Below, one piece after another: positions 18,519-27,248 of a stretch of DNA of 64,000 bases. The position numbers were made by a program, and so were the translations under genes. The stretch spans positions 26,569 to 90,568 of the forward strand of contig JAURFE010000001.1 of the NCBI GenBank assembly GCA_030827135.1. Direction: 5' to 3'. Each line of letters begins with the position of its first letter. Within the stretch, counting starts at the first letter, position 1. The stretch comes from Vicinamibacterales bacterium (GTDB taxonomy: Bacteria; Acidobacteriota; Vicinamibacteria; Vicinamibacterales; SCN-69-37). The notes below the pieces were generated by a model. That model worked only from the letters and a program-made list of their open reading frames with translations. It was not told where the DNA came from and made no database searches.

Positions 18519-18681
18519 AGGCGCCTCTGATCAATGAATCGATGCGAATGGAATGCCAACAGCGTGCAACCGAAAAGCCAGCCCGGCAGCAAGCGCGCGC
18601 GTTGCCGCGCAATCAACCGCCCGCACTCAATACGGCCCCAAGATAACGAAACATCACGACCCTGTAAATCCTCGATCATGC

Positions 18682-18710
18682 CTTCGTCATACGCCGCCCC
18701 CATGACGAAG
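18682..18710. repeat. perfect 9-bp inverted repeat (CTTCGTCAT-N11-ATGACGAAG)
   Basis: Read directly from the sequence. It lies just downstream of the hipA-like remnant and about 165-190 nt upstream of the 840-aa gene start, in a visibly less GC-rich stretch. Confidence 0.5.
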
Positions 18711-18733
18711 ACGCAAGTCTCAGCAGCGCCGAC

Positions 18734-19118
18734 TCAGCCCAAGCGCTGAATCTTTTCCCCCGCGACCAACAGGTGATTCTTCAACGCCGCGATGCAGGGC
18801 GCAAAGCGTCGGGAAAAGCGCCGCTCCGCCCGGACGCGTGCCAGAAACTCGCCCGCCAGCTGCGCCGCGTCGCGCCAGCTTTCGTTGGCAACGGCCGCGT
18901 GAAGGCTGGCAGCGGGCAAGGCATCGGGCAGGCCGCCACCGCTACGCGGGGCAAAGCCCATCGGCGTCATGTCGTAAGCCGGCGCGAGTTCATACGGGCG
19001 GCCGTGGTCGGTCACGAACGAAAGATTGCCGTTGTGCAGATCGGTGTTGCCGATCAGCGTGCCAAAGGCCCAGAGCAACGCGGCCTGGCGGGCGGCCTCA
19101 GCCCTGATGAGCAAAAGA
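18734..19118 (-). pseudogene. HipA-like kinase toxin, C-terminal fragment only
   Basis: The last ~125 aa of the 354-aa track ORF carry the HipA catalytic region (LIGNTDLHNGNLSF...YELAPAYDMTPM). Upstream of ~19118 that frame is junk. Confidence 0.65.
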
Positions 19119-19635
19119 TCGCGCCAGCGACACCGCGCCCATTCGAAATACCCCGCCGGCGGGCGTGACGCCGGTACCTGCCCAAGACCGCCCGCACGAA
19201 TACGGCGACGACAGCGCGACAGAGGGCGGGGTCCCATGCCAAGGCGTACCGTACCCGCGACGGCAGGGTCAGGACCCACTGCCTGACCGATACATCGGGG
19301 AATACGTAGTCCACCAGATGCGCTGCGCGCTCGGTCATGCGGCGTCCACCGCAGCTCGGACAGAAGCCTCGCCCCTTGCACGAGAACGCCACAAGCCGCT
19401 CGTGCCGACATCCCGCACACCGAAACCGCGCGAAACCCGCCGCCAGGCACCCACACGTCAGGAAACCCCGAAACGCGCTGTCCACGAATTTCGGCAAGCC
19501 CCGCCCGTCGCGGTGCTCGGCCGCCTGCGCGCGAAACGTCTCGTAGTGCTCGCGCACAATTTGATGGAGTGCCCCCTGTTCGGGCTGGCGAGCACGGTAA
19601 GTGAGCGACGACGGCACGCCGCATAGCCAGGGCAA
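19119..19635 (-). mobile_element. IS91-family (Y2/rolling-circle) transposase, N-terminal fragment
   Basis: LTYRARQPEQGALHQIVREHYETF... plus the zinc-binding motif FARFRCAGCRHERLVAFSCKGRGFCPSCGGRRM. Homology ends near RRHARRRGISNGRGVAGAI (~19119), where the HipA frame takes over. Confidence 0.65.
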
Positions 19636-19786
19636 GGCTCATGCCTGCCCTGCGTCCCGTCGCAGCGATGGGGGATCGCAGATTCTGCTTACTGATGTTC
19701 GGCTGGTGTTCTAACTGGCGGACTTCACGACCAGTCCGCCCGACGAGGCGCATGCGAAGCGCGCGCGAGCCGTTTACACTGGGCCC

Positions 19787-22246
19787 ATGCAAATGCATCG
19801 ATGCTCGATAGCCTTAGGGGTGTTTCTGGCTGGCGTGTGCGTGTCCGACGCCGGCGCGATACCCGGCCGCACGCAGGGGCCACGCCAGCCGGTTGGAGAG
19901 ATCGTGAATCCATCGGCCGAGGTGCTGTTGCCGGACGGGCGGCCCACGCAGTGGATCGTCGAGCCGCGCCCGCAGCCGGGCGCACCAGCAGGAGCGGCGG
20001 TGGCGTCTGGTACATCGCACGCCGGCACGCGCAGTCTGCTGGTGTCCGCAGCTCGCATGACGTGGACCAACAAGACGCTTGTCCGTCCGTACGCCAAGTA
20101 CCGACTCAGCGGGTGGATCAAGACAGAAGCGATCCCGTCCGGCGATGGCTGGGGCGCACGACTGGAGTTGCGCGGCGGCGTGACGATGACGTCGGCGGCA
20201 CAACGAATCACCGGAACCACGGACTGGACGCGGGTGGACATCACCTTCGACACCGGGGGGCAGGACAGTTTCATCCTCGCCGCGACGCTGGGCGCCCCGC
20301 GCGGACGCCGCGCTCCTGGCGAACCGGACGTGGCCTCCGGCCAAGCATGGTTTGACGACCTGACCCTCGAACTAATCGAGACCCGTGAGTTGCGGCCGGA
20401 CGTCGTGATCCACGCCGCCGGCACTCGCGAGCCGATGCCCGACCTGATCTACGGGCAGTTCATCGAACACCTCGGCCGAAGCATCTACGGCGGGATCTGG
20501 GCAGAGATGCTCGAGGACCGCAAGTTCTATGCGACCGTCGGCGAAACCAGACGCGATCGCGAGCACGTGCCATCGCCATGGCGGGCCGTGGGCGACGTGC
20601 AGGCCGTGACGATGGCGACCGCGGGGGCCTTTGTCGGCGCGCACTCCCCGCAGGTGGACCTCGGCCCGGGCGGCCAGCCACGGGGAATTGCACAGACCGG
20701 GCTGGCTGTGGCGGCCGGCAAGAGCTACACCGGCTACGTGATCCTCGCGGGTGACCAGTCGGCCGCGCCGATCGATGTGACGGTCACGTGGGGCCCCGGG
20801 CCGAACGACCGGCAGGTGGTGACCATTCATGCACTCACGCCTGCGTTCGCAAAATACCCGGTGGCGTTTCGGGCGGGCGCGTCGAGTGAGGACGTGCGGT
20901 TCGAGATTCTGGGTCGTGGCCGTGGCACATTCCGGGTCGGGACCGCGTCGCTGATGCCCGACGACAACGTCAAGGGCATGCGCCGCGACACGCTGGAACT
21001 GCTCAAGCAGCTTGATGCACCGATCTACCGCTGGCCTGGCGGCAACTTCGTGAGCGGGTACGACTGGAAGGACGGCATCGGCGACCGCGACAAGCGACCG
21101 CCGCGGAAGAATCCGGCGTGGACGGGTATCGAGCACAACGATTTCGGCATGCATGAGTTCTTCGACTTCCTGCACGAGGTGAACTCCCAGCCGTTCATCG
21201 CGGTCAACGCGGGCCTGGGGAACGCGCAGTCGGCAGCGGAAGAAGTCGAATACGTCAACGGCGGACCGGACACGCCGATGGGCAGGCTGCGCTTGCAGAA
21301 CGGACGCCGCGAACCGTGGGGGTCCAAGTACTGGGCGGTCGGCAACGAGATGTCCGGCGACTGGCAGTTGGGCAACGTGCCAATCGAGGAGTTCGTCAAG
21401 CGGCACAACACGTTTTCTCAGGCGCTGCTCAAGGTCGATCCCTCCATCCTGCTGGTGGCATCGGGCGAAGCGGTGCGTGCGAGCAGCGACTGGGATCGGC
21501 AACTGCTGGCGCAGGGCGCCGATTACATTCACCTCAACAGCAAACACTTCTATCGGCAGGACTGGCACGGCGGCGGACTGCTGACGCATGTGCGGCAGAT
21601 CGGCGACGCCATCCGCGCGATCGCGGACGCCCATCGCGAGTACATGCGGACCATTCCGCAGATGCAGGGCCGCGACATCCGGGTGTCACTCGACGAGTGG
21701 AACTACTGGTACGGCCCGCACGTGTTCGGTGAACTGGGCACCCGCTACTTCCTGCGCGACGCCCTGGGCATCGCGGCGGGCCTCAACGAATACAGCCGGC
21801 AGACCGACGTGATCGCGATGGCCAACTACGCGCAGACGGTCAACGTGATTGGGGCGATCAAGACGAACAAGACCGCCGCCGTGCTCGACTCCACGGGCGA
21901 GGCGCTGGTGATGTACCGGCGGCACTTCGGGACGGTGCCGGTGGAGATCACCGGCGCGCCCGAGCCGCTCGACGTGGCAGCGGCGTGGACTGCCGACAGA
22001 ACCGCCCTGACCATCTCCGTCGTCAATCCCACGTTTGAGCCACAGCGGCTGGCGTTTCGCCTTGAAGGCGCCCGCCTGGCGTCGGACGGTACGCAGTGGG
22101 TGCTCACCGCCCCGGACGACATGGCCTACAACGAACCCGGCAAGGCACCGGCGGTACGGTTTACCGAACGGCGCGTGACGGGCGTGCAGGAGACGCTGGA
22201 ACTGGCACCCGCGAGCGCCACGATTTTCCGGATCGCTGTGCGGTAA
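19787..22246 (+). CDS. GH51 alpha-L-arabinofuranosidase with N-terminal carbohydrate-binding-like module
   Basis: 819-aa ORF with a signal peptide. GH51 core (YRWPGGNFVSGYDWKDGIG; YWAVGNEMSGDWQLG) and a C-terminal beta-sandwich region. Confidence 0.9.
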   Translation: MQMHRCSIALGVFLAGVCVSDAGAIPGRTQGPRQPVGEIVNPSAEVLLPDGRPTQWIVEPRPQPGAPAGAAVASGTSHAGTRSLLVSAARMTWTNKTLVRPYAKYRLSGWIKTEAIPSGDGWGARLELRGGVTMTSAAQRITGTTDWTRVDITFDTGGQDSFILAATLGAPRGRRAPGEPDVASGQAWFDDLTLELIETRELRPDVVIHAAGTREPMPDLIYGQFIEHLGRSIYGGIWAEMLEDRKFYATVGETRRDREHVPSPWRAVGDVQAVTMATAGAFVGAHSPQVDLGPGGQPRGIAQTGLAVAAGKSYTGYVILAGDQSAAPIDVTVTWGPGPNDRQVVTIHALTPAFAKYPVAFRAGASSEDVRFEILGRGRGTFRVGTASLMPDDNVKGMRRDTLELLKQLDAPIYRWPGGNFVSGYDWKDGIGDRDKRPPRKNPAWTGIEHNDFGMHEFFDFLHEVNSQPFIAVNAGLGNAQSAAEEVEYVNGGPDTPMGRLRLQNGRREPWGSKYWAVGNEMSGDWQLGNVPIEEFVKRHNTFSQALLKVDPSILLVASGEAVRASSDWDRQLLAQGADYIHLNSKHFYRQDWHGGGLLTHVRQIGDAIRAIADAHREYMRTIPQMQGRDIRVSLDEWNYWYGPHVFGELGTRYFLRDALGIAAGLNEYSRQTDVIAMANYAQTVNVIGAIKTNKTAAVLDSTGEALVMYRRHFGTVPVEITGAPEPLDVAAAWTADRTALTISVVNPTFEPQRLAFRLEGARLASDGTQWVLTAPDDMAYNEPGKAPAVRFTERRVTGVQETLELAPASATIFRIAVR

Positions 22247-22352
22247 GCCGATAGTCCGTATTACGTGGGTCTTTCCCGAACATAACGGACCTTATCCGAC
22301 GCTGGCCGTCTACGTGCAGCTATTTCCACCCACCGGGGCCGACGTCTGGGTG

Positions 22353-22370
22353 GCGGACCTGACGGTCCGC
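22353..22370. terminator. GC-rich hairpin between convergent genes (GCGGACC-tgac-GGTCCGC)
   Basis: 7-bp perfect stem with a 4-nt loop, nested inside a longer GGCCGACG...CGTCGGCC pairing. There is no U-tract, so it would be weak as an intrinsic terminator. Confidence 0.2.
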
Positions 22371-22483
22371 TGATCGTCCTCGCTCCGCCGTCGGCCGTCA
22401 CGTCGAACTCACTGGAGTACGGCCCTTCGAGCGGCATGGCCTTTCGGCACCGATGGTGGCGTGTTCCCTCGCAGGCGCCGGCG

Positions 22484-23515
22484 TCACGACACGACGGTCA
22501 GCGGATGCCGGGCGAGCTTCGTGCGGGCCTCACGCATGTCGTCGCCGCGCAGTTCGCGCAGGGCTGACGTGACCAGCGACCGCACGACCTTCTTGCGCCA
22601 CACCAGCTCGAAGTCGGTGTTGTCCATCGGCTTGGCCAGCGGGTAGGCCTCGTCGGCGATCGCGGCGATGACCTCGTCGGTCAGGCGCTCGCCTGCCATC
22701 CGCGCGACCGCGCCCGGCACCTCGAGCGGCCGGGAGGCCAGGGCGCCGAGCACCAGCCGCCCCTCGACCACCCGATCACCGTCGAACCGTGCTGCGGCGG
22801 CGACGGCCGCCACCGGGAAGTCGAACGAGCCGCGACGACGAAGCTTCCAGTAGGTCGACCGCCAGCCATCGAGTGACGGCAGGTGCACGGACGTGAGGAT
22901 TTCTTCGCGGCGCCGTGTCAGGTAGTGCATGCCGTCGTTCGCATACAGGTCTGTCAGGGCGACCTCACGCTCGCCGGCGGTCGATACCAGCCGGACCGTC
23001 GCGCCAAGCGCGATCAGGGCGGGCGCGGTATCGGTCGACGACACCGCCAGACACCGATCGCTCGACGTCGCCACCCAGCAGATTTCGCCGTCCTTCTTCA
23101 TGCAGAAGTTGATGGCCTTGCGCCACTCGAACGTCTGGTCGTAGTAGGTGCAGCGCGTGTCGAGGCAGATGTTGCCGCCGATGGTGCCCATGTTGCGCAG
23201 GTGCGGCGTCGCGATCTGCGCCGCGGCCTGCCAGAGGCCGACGTAGCCGCTCCGCACGCGCGGTTCATGCACGAGGGTCGTCAACGTCACGCCGGCGCCA
23301 ATCGTCAGGCCCTCACCGTTGGTGATGGCCCCAAGTTCGTTAATCCCCCGCAGGCCGATCACGGTCGACGGTGTCTGCTGGCGGCGCTTCATATTCGGCA
23401 CCAGGTCCGTCCCCCCGGCCAACAGCATCGTGGTCACGGGATCGTCGGCGAGCCAGGCCGCGGCGTCGGCCACCGAGCGGGGCGCGCGATACGTGTAGGC
23501 AGGCAGGCGCATCAT
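22484..23515 (-). CDS. FAD-binding medium subunit of a xanthine dehydrogenase-family molybdoenzyme, with Cys-rich (putative [4Fe-4S]) insertion
   Basis: True start is MMRLPAYTYRAP (ATGA overlap with the large-subunit stop). FAD motif LLAGGTDL. A ~40-aa insertion (GGNICLDTRCTYYDQTFEWRKAINFCMKKDGEICWVATSSDRCLAV) precedes SSTDTAPALIALGA. Confidence 0.85.
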   Translation of the reverse strand: MMRLPAYTYRAPRSVADAAAWLADDPVTTMLLAGGTDLVPNMKRRQQTPSTVIGLRGINELGAITNGEGLTIGAGVTLTTLVHEPRVRSGYVGLWQAAAQIATPHLRNMGTIGGNICLDTRCTYYDQTFEWRKAINFCMKKDGEICWVATSSDRCLAVSSTDTAPALIALGATVRLVSTAGEREVALTDLYANDGMHYLTRRREEILTSVHLPSLDGWRSTYWKLRRRGSFDFPVAAVAAAARFDGDRVVEGRLVLGALASRPLEVPGAVARMAGERLTDEVIAAIADEAYPLAKPMDNTDFELVWRKKVVRSLVTSALRELRGDDMREARTKLARHPLTVVS

Positions 23516-26010
23516 GACTTGGATTTCTCCCAGGCCGCCTTCGCAGCCCTCGCTTCCACGCCGGCGTCGACGCGGGTGTTCTTTGGACGATCGGGATCGT
23601 TGCTCGCGCGCCCGTCGCCCCCGGCCCAGGGTGGTGTCACGCGCAGCACCTCCGGCCACGGGACATCGGGAAACGACGTGGGCCCAGACCGCGCGGGTTT
23701 GCCCGCGGCCTTGGCTTCCAGCGCGCGCAGGATCTTCTCGGGCGTCACCGGAATCGAGTCGACGCGCACACCCACGGCGTCGTAGACCGCGTTGGCGACC
23801 GCCGGCATGATCGGCAGCAACGGTCCCTGCCCCACTTCCTTCGCGCCGAAGGGACCGGCCGGATCCGGGTGTTCGATCAGGTCGGTGATGACCTCGGGCA
23901 TGTCGAGGCTCGTCGGGCTCTTGTATTCGAGCATCGACGGGAACTTGTGCACTACCGCATGGGACAACGTCGGCGGCAGGCGACGGAACGCCTGTTCCTC
24001 CATGAGCGCCTCGCCGAGTCCCATGTAGACGCCACCCTCGACCTGTCCCCGCACCAGCGTCGGGTTGAGCGCCCGGCCGATGTCGTGCGCGATCCACACA
24101 CGCGGCACGGTGATCCACCCGGTGTCGGGATCCACGTCCACCTCGACCACCGCGGCCGTGTAGGAATACGTGGGTGACGGACCGACGCCGCCACCCTTGA
24201 AGCGCGCGGGCGATCGCGGGGGCGTGTAGGACCCAGTCGTGCCGAGTGTGCCGAACTTCGCCTCGGCCATACACACGGCTTCCTGGAAGGTGCAGCCCTT
24301 GCCGGGATCCTCGGCGTCGAACACCCGCCGTTCGGCGAAGGTGAGCCGGTCCTTCGGAATCCCCAGCTTGCCGCTGACGCCTTCGGCGATGAGCTCACGC
24401 GCGCGTTCTGCCGCCTGGATGGCGGCGTTGCCCATCATCAGGGTGACGCGGCTCGAATACGACCCCAGGTCGACCGGCGTCAGGTCGGTATCGCCCGTCA
24501 CCGCCCGGATGTCGAACGGCTCGAGGCCGAGCACTTCGGCCACGAGGCCCACGAGCACGTCGTCCGACCCCTGGCCGATCTCGGTCGCGCCGCAGAACAC
24601 CGTGACGCCGCCGCTCCGGTCGAGCTTGAGCTGCACGCCTGAATGCGGCAGGTCGTTCCAGTTGATGGGCAGGCCGGCACCCGACAGGTACGACGAACAC
24701 GCCAGACCGACGCCCTTACCGTGCGGCAGCTTGCGGAACTTGTCGCGCCAGCCGCTGCGCTCGACGACCGTCCGGATGCAGTCGGCCAGGCCGATGGTCC
24801 GCACCCGCAGGAAGTTCGCGGTCAACGAGTCGGGCGGCTGGACGATGTTGAGCCTGAGGTCAGCCGGGTCGATCGACAGTTTCTCGGCGATCTTGTCGAG
24901 CTGGACCTCCTGCCCGAACCGCGACTGCGGCGTGCCGTGGCCGCGCTTCGGCCCGCACGGCGGTTTGTTCGTGAACGTGCGGCAGCCGCGGAACCGGTAC
25001 GTGGGAATGTCATACGTCACCGTCTGCAGGGCCCCGGTGTAGAACGTGCTGGCCACACCGTAGGACCCGTAGGCCCCGCCATCAAGCAGTGTCTGCAAGT
25101 CGAGACCCGTGATCTTGCCGTCGTTGCTGACGCCGGTGCGGAATCGCATCAGCACCGGGTGCCGTCCGCGGTGGCAATAAAACACCTCTTCCCGGTTCAG
25201 GCAGATCTTCACCGGCCGATCGAGACGCAGGGCGGCAAACGCCGCGACGACCTCGTGGTTGAACGGATCGCTCTTGCCGCCGAATCCCCCGCCGTTGGGC
25301 GTCGCCACCACGCGGATATGGGCCGCGGGCAGGCCGAGCGCCTTGGCCAGCGCCCGGTGCAGGTAGTGCGGCGTCTGGGTGCTGGAGTACACGACCAGCT
25401 TGCCGTCCGGGTCCTTGATCGCCACCGTCGCGTGTTGCTCGAGCGGCAGGTGCGTGTTGCCCTCGAAGAAGAACAGGTCGTCAAACACGTGGTCGGCCCC
25501 GGCGATGGCGTCATCGACCTCGCCGAACTGCAGGGCCACGGCCTTGTGCACGTTGCCGAAGTCGCCGTACTCGTGGATGCGAGGCTCGGGGTGCGCCAGC
25601 GCTTCTGTCGGCGACGCGATGGTCCGCAACGTCTCGTACTGGACGTCGATCAGGTTGACGGCGGCTTCTGCCGTAGCCTCATCGCGGGCCACGACTGCGG
25701 CCACGGGATCCCCCACGAACCGCACGACGTCGCGACACAACGCGTGTTCATCGTGACTGACCGGCAGGATGCCGTACGCCACCGGGAAGTGTTGGCCGGT
25801 GAGCACCAGGTGCACGCCGTCGAGCGCCTCGGTCTTCGATGTGTCCACCGAGAGGATGCGGCCGTGGGGCACGCTCGAGCGCAGCAGCCGGCAGTGCAAC
25901 ATCCGCGGAAACGACAGGTCGTCGGCGAACTTGGTCTGGCCGGTGACCTTCGCGCGGCCGTCGACCCGGCGGCGGGGACGCCCGACGACGCCAAAGGGTT
26001 TCGTCGTCAC
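23512..26010 (-). CDS. molybdopterin-binding large subunit, xanthine dehydrogenase/aldehyde oxidase family
   Basis: 832-aa ORF. GTG start overlapping the small-subunit stop (GTGA). GGGFGGK motif. About 60 aa of C-terminal extension after PVTPEKILRALE. Confidence 0.9.
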   Translation of the reverse strand: MTTKPFGVVGRPRRRVDGRAKVTGQTKFADDLSFPRMLHCRLLRSSVPHGRILSVDTSKTEALDGVHLVLTGQHFPVAYGILPVSHDEHALCRDVVRFVGDPVAAVVARDEATAEAAVNLIDVQYETLRTIASPTEALAHPEPRIHEYGDFGNVHKAVALQFGEVDDAIAGADHVFDDLFFFEGNTHLPLEQHATVAIKDPDGKLVVYSSTQTPHYLHRALAKALGLPAAHIRVVATPNGGGFGGKSDPFNHEVVAAFAALRLDRPVKICLNREEVFYCHRGRHPVLMRFRTGVSNDGKITGLDLQTLLDGGAYGSYGVASTFYTGALQTVTYDIPTYRFRGCRTFTNKPPCGPKRGHGTPQSRFGQEVQLDKIAEKLSIDPADLRLNIVQPPDSLTANFLRVRTIGLADCIRTVVERSGWRDKFRKLPHGKGVGLACSSYLSGAGLPINWNDLPHSGVQLKLDRSGGVTVFCGATEIGQGSDDVLVGLVAEVLGLEPFDIRAVTGDTDLTPVDLGSYSSRVTLMMGNAAIQAAERARELIAEGVSGKLGIPKDRLTFAERRVFDAEDPGKGCTFQEAVCMAEAKFGTLGTTGSYTPPRSPARFKGGGVGPSPTYSYTAAVVEVDVDPDTGWITVPRVWIAHDIGRALNPTLVRGQVEGGVYMGLGEALMEEQAFRRLPPTLSHAVVHKFPSMLEYKSPTSLDMPEVITDLIEHPDPAGPFGAKEVGQGPLLPIMPAVANAVYDAVGVRVDSIPVTPEKILRALEAKAAGKPARSGPTSFPDVPWPEVLRVTPPWAGGDGRASNDPDRPKNTRVDAGVEARAAKAAWEKSKS

Positions 26011-26504
26011 TGCTGGTCCTCCCGGGCACGCTGCGCCGCGGCCTCGACGGCGTCAAAGATCTGCTGGTAACCCGTGCAGCGGCACAGGTTGCCCGACAGC
26101 GCCTCCTTGATGAGGTCCCGCGACGGATTCGGCTCACGATCGAGCAGCGCCTTGGCCGTGATGAGGATGCCCGGGGTGCAGTAGCCGCACTGCGAACCGC
26201 CGAGGTCGGCGAAACACTCCTGCAGCGGGTGCAGCCGGCCGTCATCCACAAGACCCTCGACGGTCACGACCTCGCGCCCTGCACACTCGTGCGCCACCAG
26301 CAGGCACGACAGCACGGGCTGACCGTCGACCAGCACCGCGCAGGCGCCGCACTCGCCGAGTTCGCAGCCATGTTTGGTGCCCGTGAGGTTCAAATCCTCG
26401 CGCAGCACCTCGAGCAGGGTCTTGGCCGGATCGACCAGCGCTTCGGCCAGCTCGCCGTTGACCGTCAGTGCCAGTGGCAGTTTCGTCATGTCGTCATCCC
26501 GCAT
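26007..26504 (-). CDS. [2Fe-2S]-binding small subunit, xanthine dehydrogenase family
   Basis: 165-aa ORF with both Cys clusters (CELGECGACAV; CGYCTPG...CRCTGY). An alternative start MTKLPLALTVNG lies at 26489. Confidence 0.9.
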   Translation of the reverse strand: MRDDDMTKLPLALTVNGELAEALVDPAKTLLEVLREDLNLTGTKHGCELGECGACAVLVDGQPVLSCLLVAHECAGREVVTVEGLVDDGRLHPLQECFADLGGSQCGYCTPGILITAKALLDREPNPSRDLIKEALSGNLCRCTGYQQIFDAVEAAAQRAREDQQ

Positions 26505-26552
26505 CTTGGGCGCGCCGCTCCGCCAGCGCGCCGGCTTCCGCGGCCTGGAAGT

Positions 26553-27164
26553 TCAGGCCGCGCTATGAATATGGAGTCCCCGCACCAGATATTGCGCCAA
26601 TTCCCGGCCCACGTCGGTCGCCGACGCAGCACCGTCCGGGCGAAACCACAACACGGTCATGTTCAGGGCACCAAGCATCGCGCGCGTGACGAGCGCAGGA
26701 GACGCCGTTGCGAACTCACCCGATCGCACTCCGGCGGCGACAAGCCCGCGCACCGCCCGCTCGTACCGGTCGCGCTTGGCCACGATGCGGACGCGCAGCG
26801 GCGGCGGCAATGCGTCGACCAGCAGGTGCGCCGAGGCGCCATCCACCTCACCAAGCAGCGTCGAGACGTGGGTCCGCAGCACCCCGTCGAGCCGCGCGGC
26901 CACGGACCCTCGCCCACGTTTCGCGCCGGCGACGGCGGCAAGCATCGAGTCGAGCGCGCGATCCTGGCAGTAGAACAGGATCTCGTCCTTGCCCTTGAAG
27001 TAGTAGTAGAGGTTCGCCGGTGACAGGTCGGCGGCCGCGGCAATCTCGCGCATGCCGGTATCGGCCACGCCGCGGTCGCGAAACAACCGGGCGGCCGCAC
27101 GCAGGATCAGGTCGCGCTGGGCATCGCGCCTGCGTCTCGAACGTTCGTTCGAACTTCGAACCAC
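26553..27164 (-). CDS. TetR/AcrR-family transcriptional regulator
   Basis: 203-aa ORF with a GTG start. N-terminal HTH (ILRAAARLFRDRGVADTGMREIAAAADLSPANLYYYFKGKDEIL). Confidence 0.85.
   Translation of the reverse strand: MVRSSNERSRRRRDAQRDLILRAAARLFRDRGVADTGMREIAAAADLSPANLYYYFKGKDEILFYCQDRALDSMLAAVAGAKRGRGSVAARLDGVLRTHVSTLLGEVDGASAHLLVDALPPPLRVRIVAKRDRYERAVRGLVAAGVRSGEFATASPALVTRAMLGALNMTVLWFRPDGAASATDVGRELAQYLVRGLHIHSAA
27137..27162. promoter_or_regulatory. cluster of TTCGAAC-based palindromes including an exact TCGAAC-N4-GTTCGA
   Basis: The sequence tcgaacgttcgttcgaacttcgaacc contains CGAACGTTCG (10-bp palindrome), GTTCGAAC (8-bp palindrome) and TTCGAA. It covers codons 2-10 of tetR. Confidence 0.3.
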
Positions 27165-27191
27165 GGTTCAATTGTAAGCCAGGGGCGACCG

Positions 27192-27207
27192 AACCGCGAA
27201 CGCGGTT
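27192..27207. promoter_or_regulatory. 16-bp perfect palindrome AACCGCG-AA-CGCGGTT, candidate TetR operator
   Basis: Lies in the 84-bp divergent intergenic region between tetR and the DUF885 gene. It is about 15 nt upstream of a TACAAT hexamer on the tetR strand. Confidence 0.4.
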
Positions 27208-27248
27208 ACCCCCAAACCAGCGACGGATCACGTAAACTTTCAATCACC

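Noticed and set aside
18734-19798. 354-aa ORF as an intact gene
   Set aside because: Only its last ~125 aa (HipA C-terminus) make sense. The rest is out-of-frame read-through across an IS91 transposase fragment. It is treated as two remnants.
22484-24274. 596-aa track ORF, suggesting a much longer FAD-subunit gene
   Set aside because: The first ~250 aa overlap the large-subunit gene out of frame and are low complexity. The true start MMRLPAYTY overlaps the large-subunit stop.
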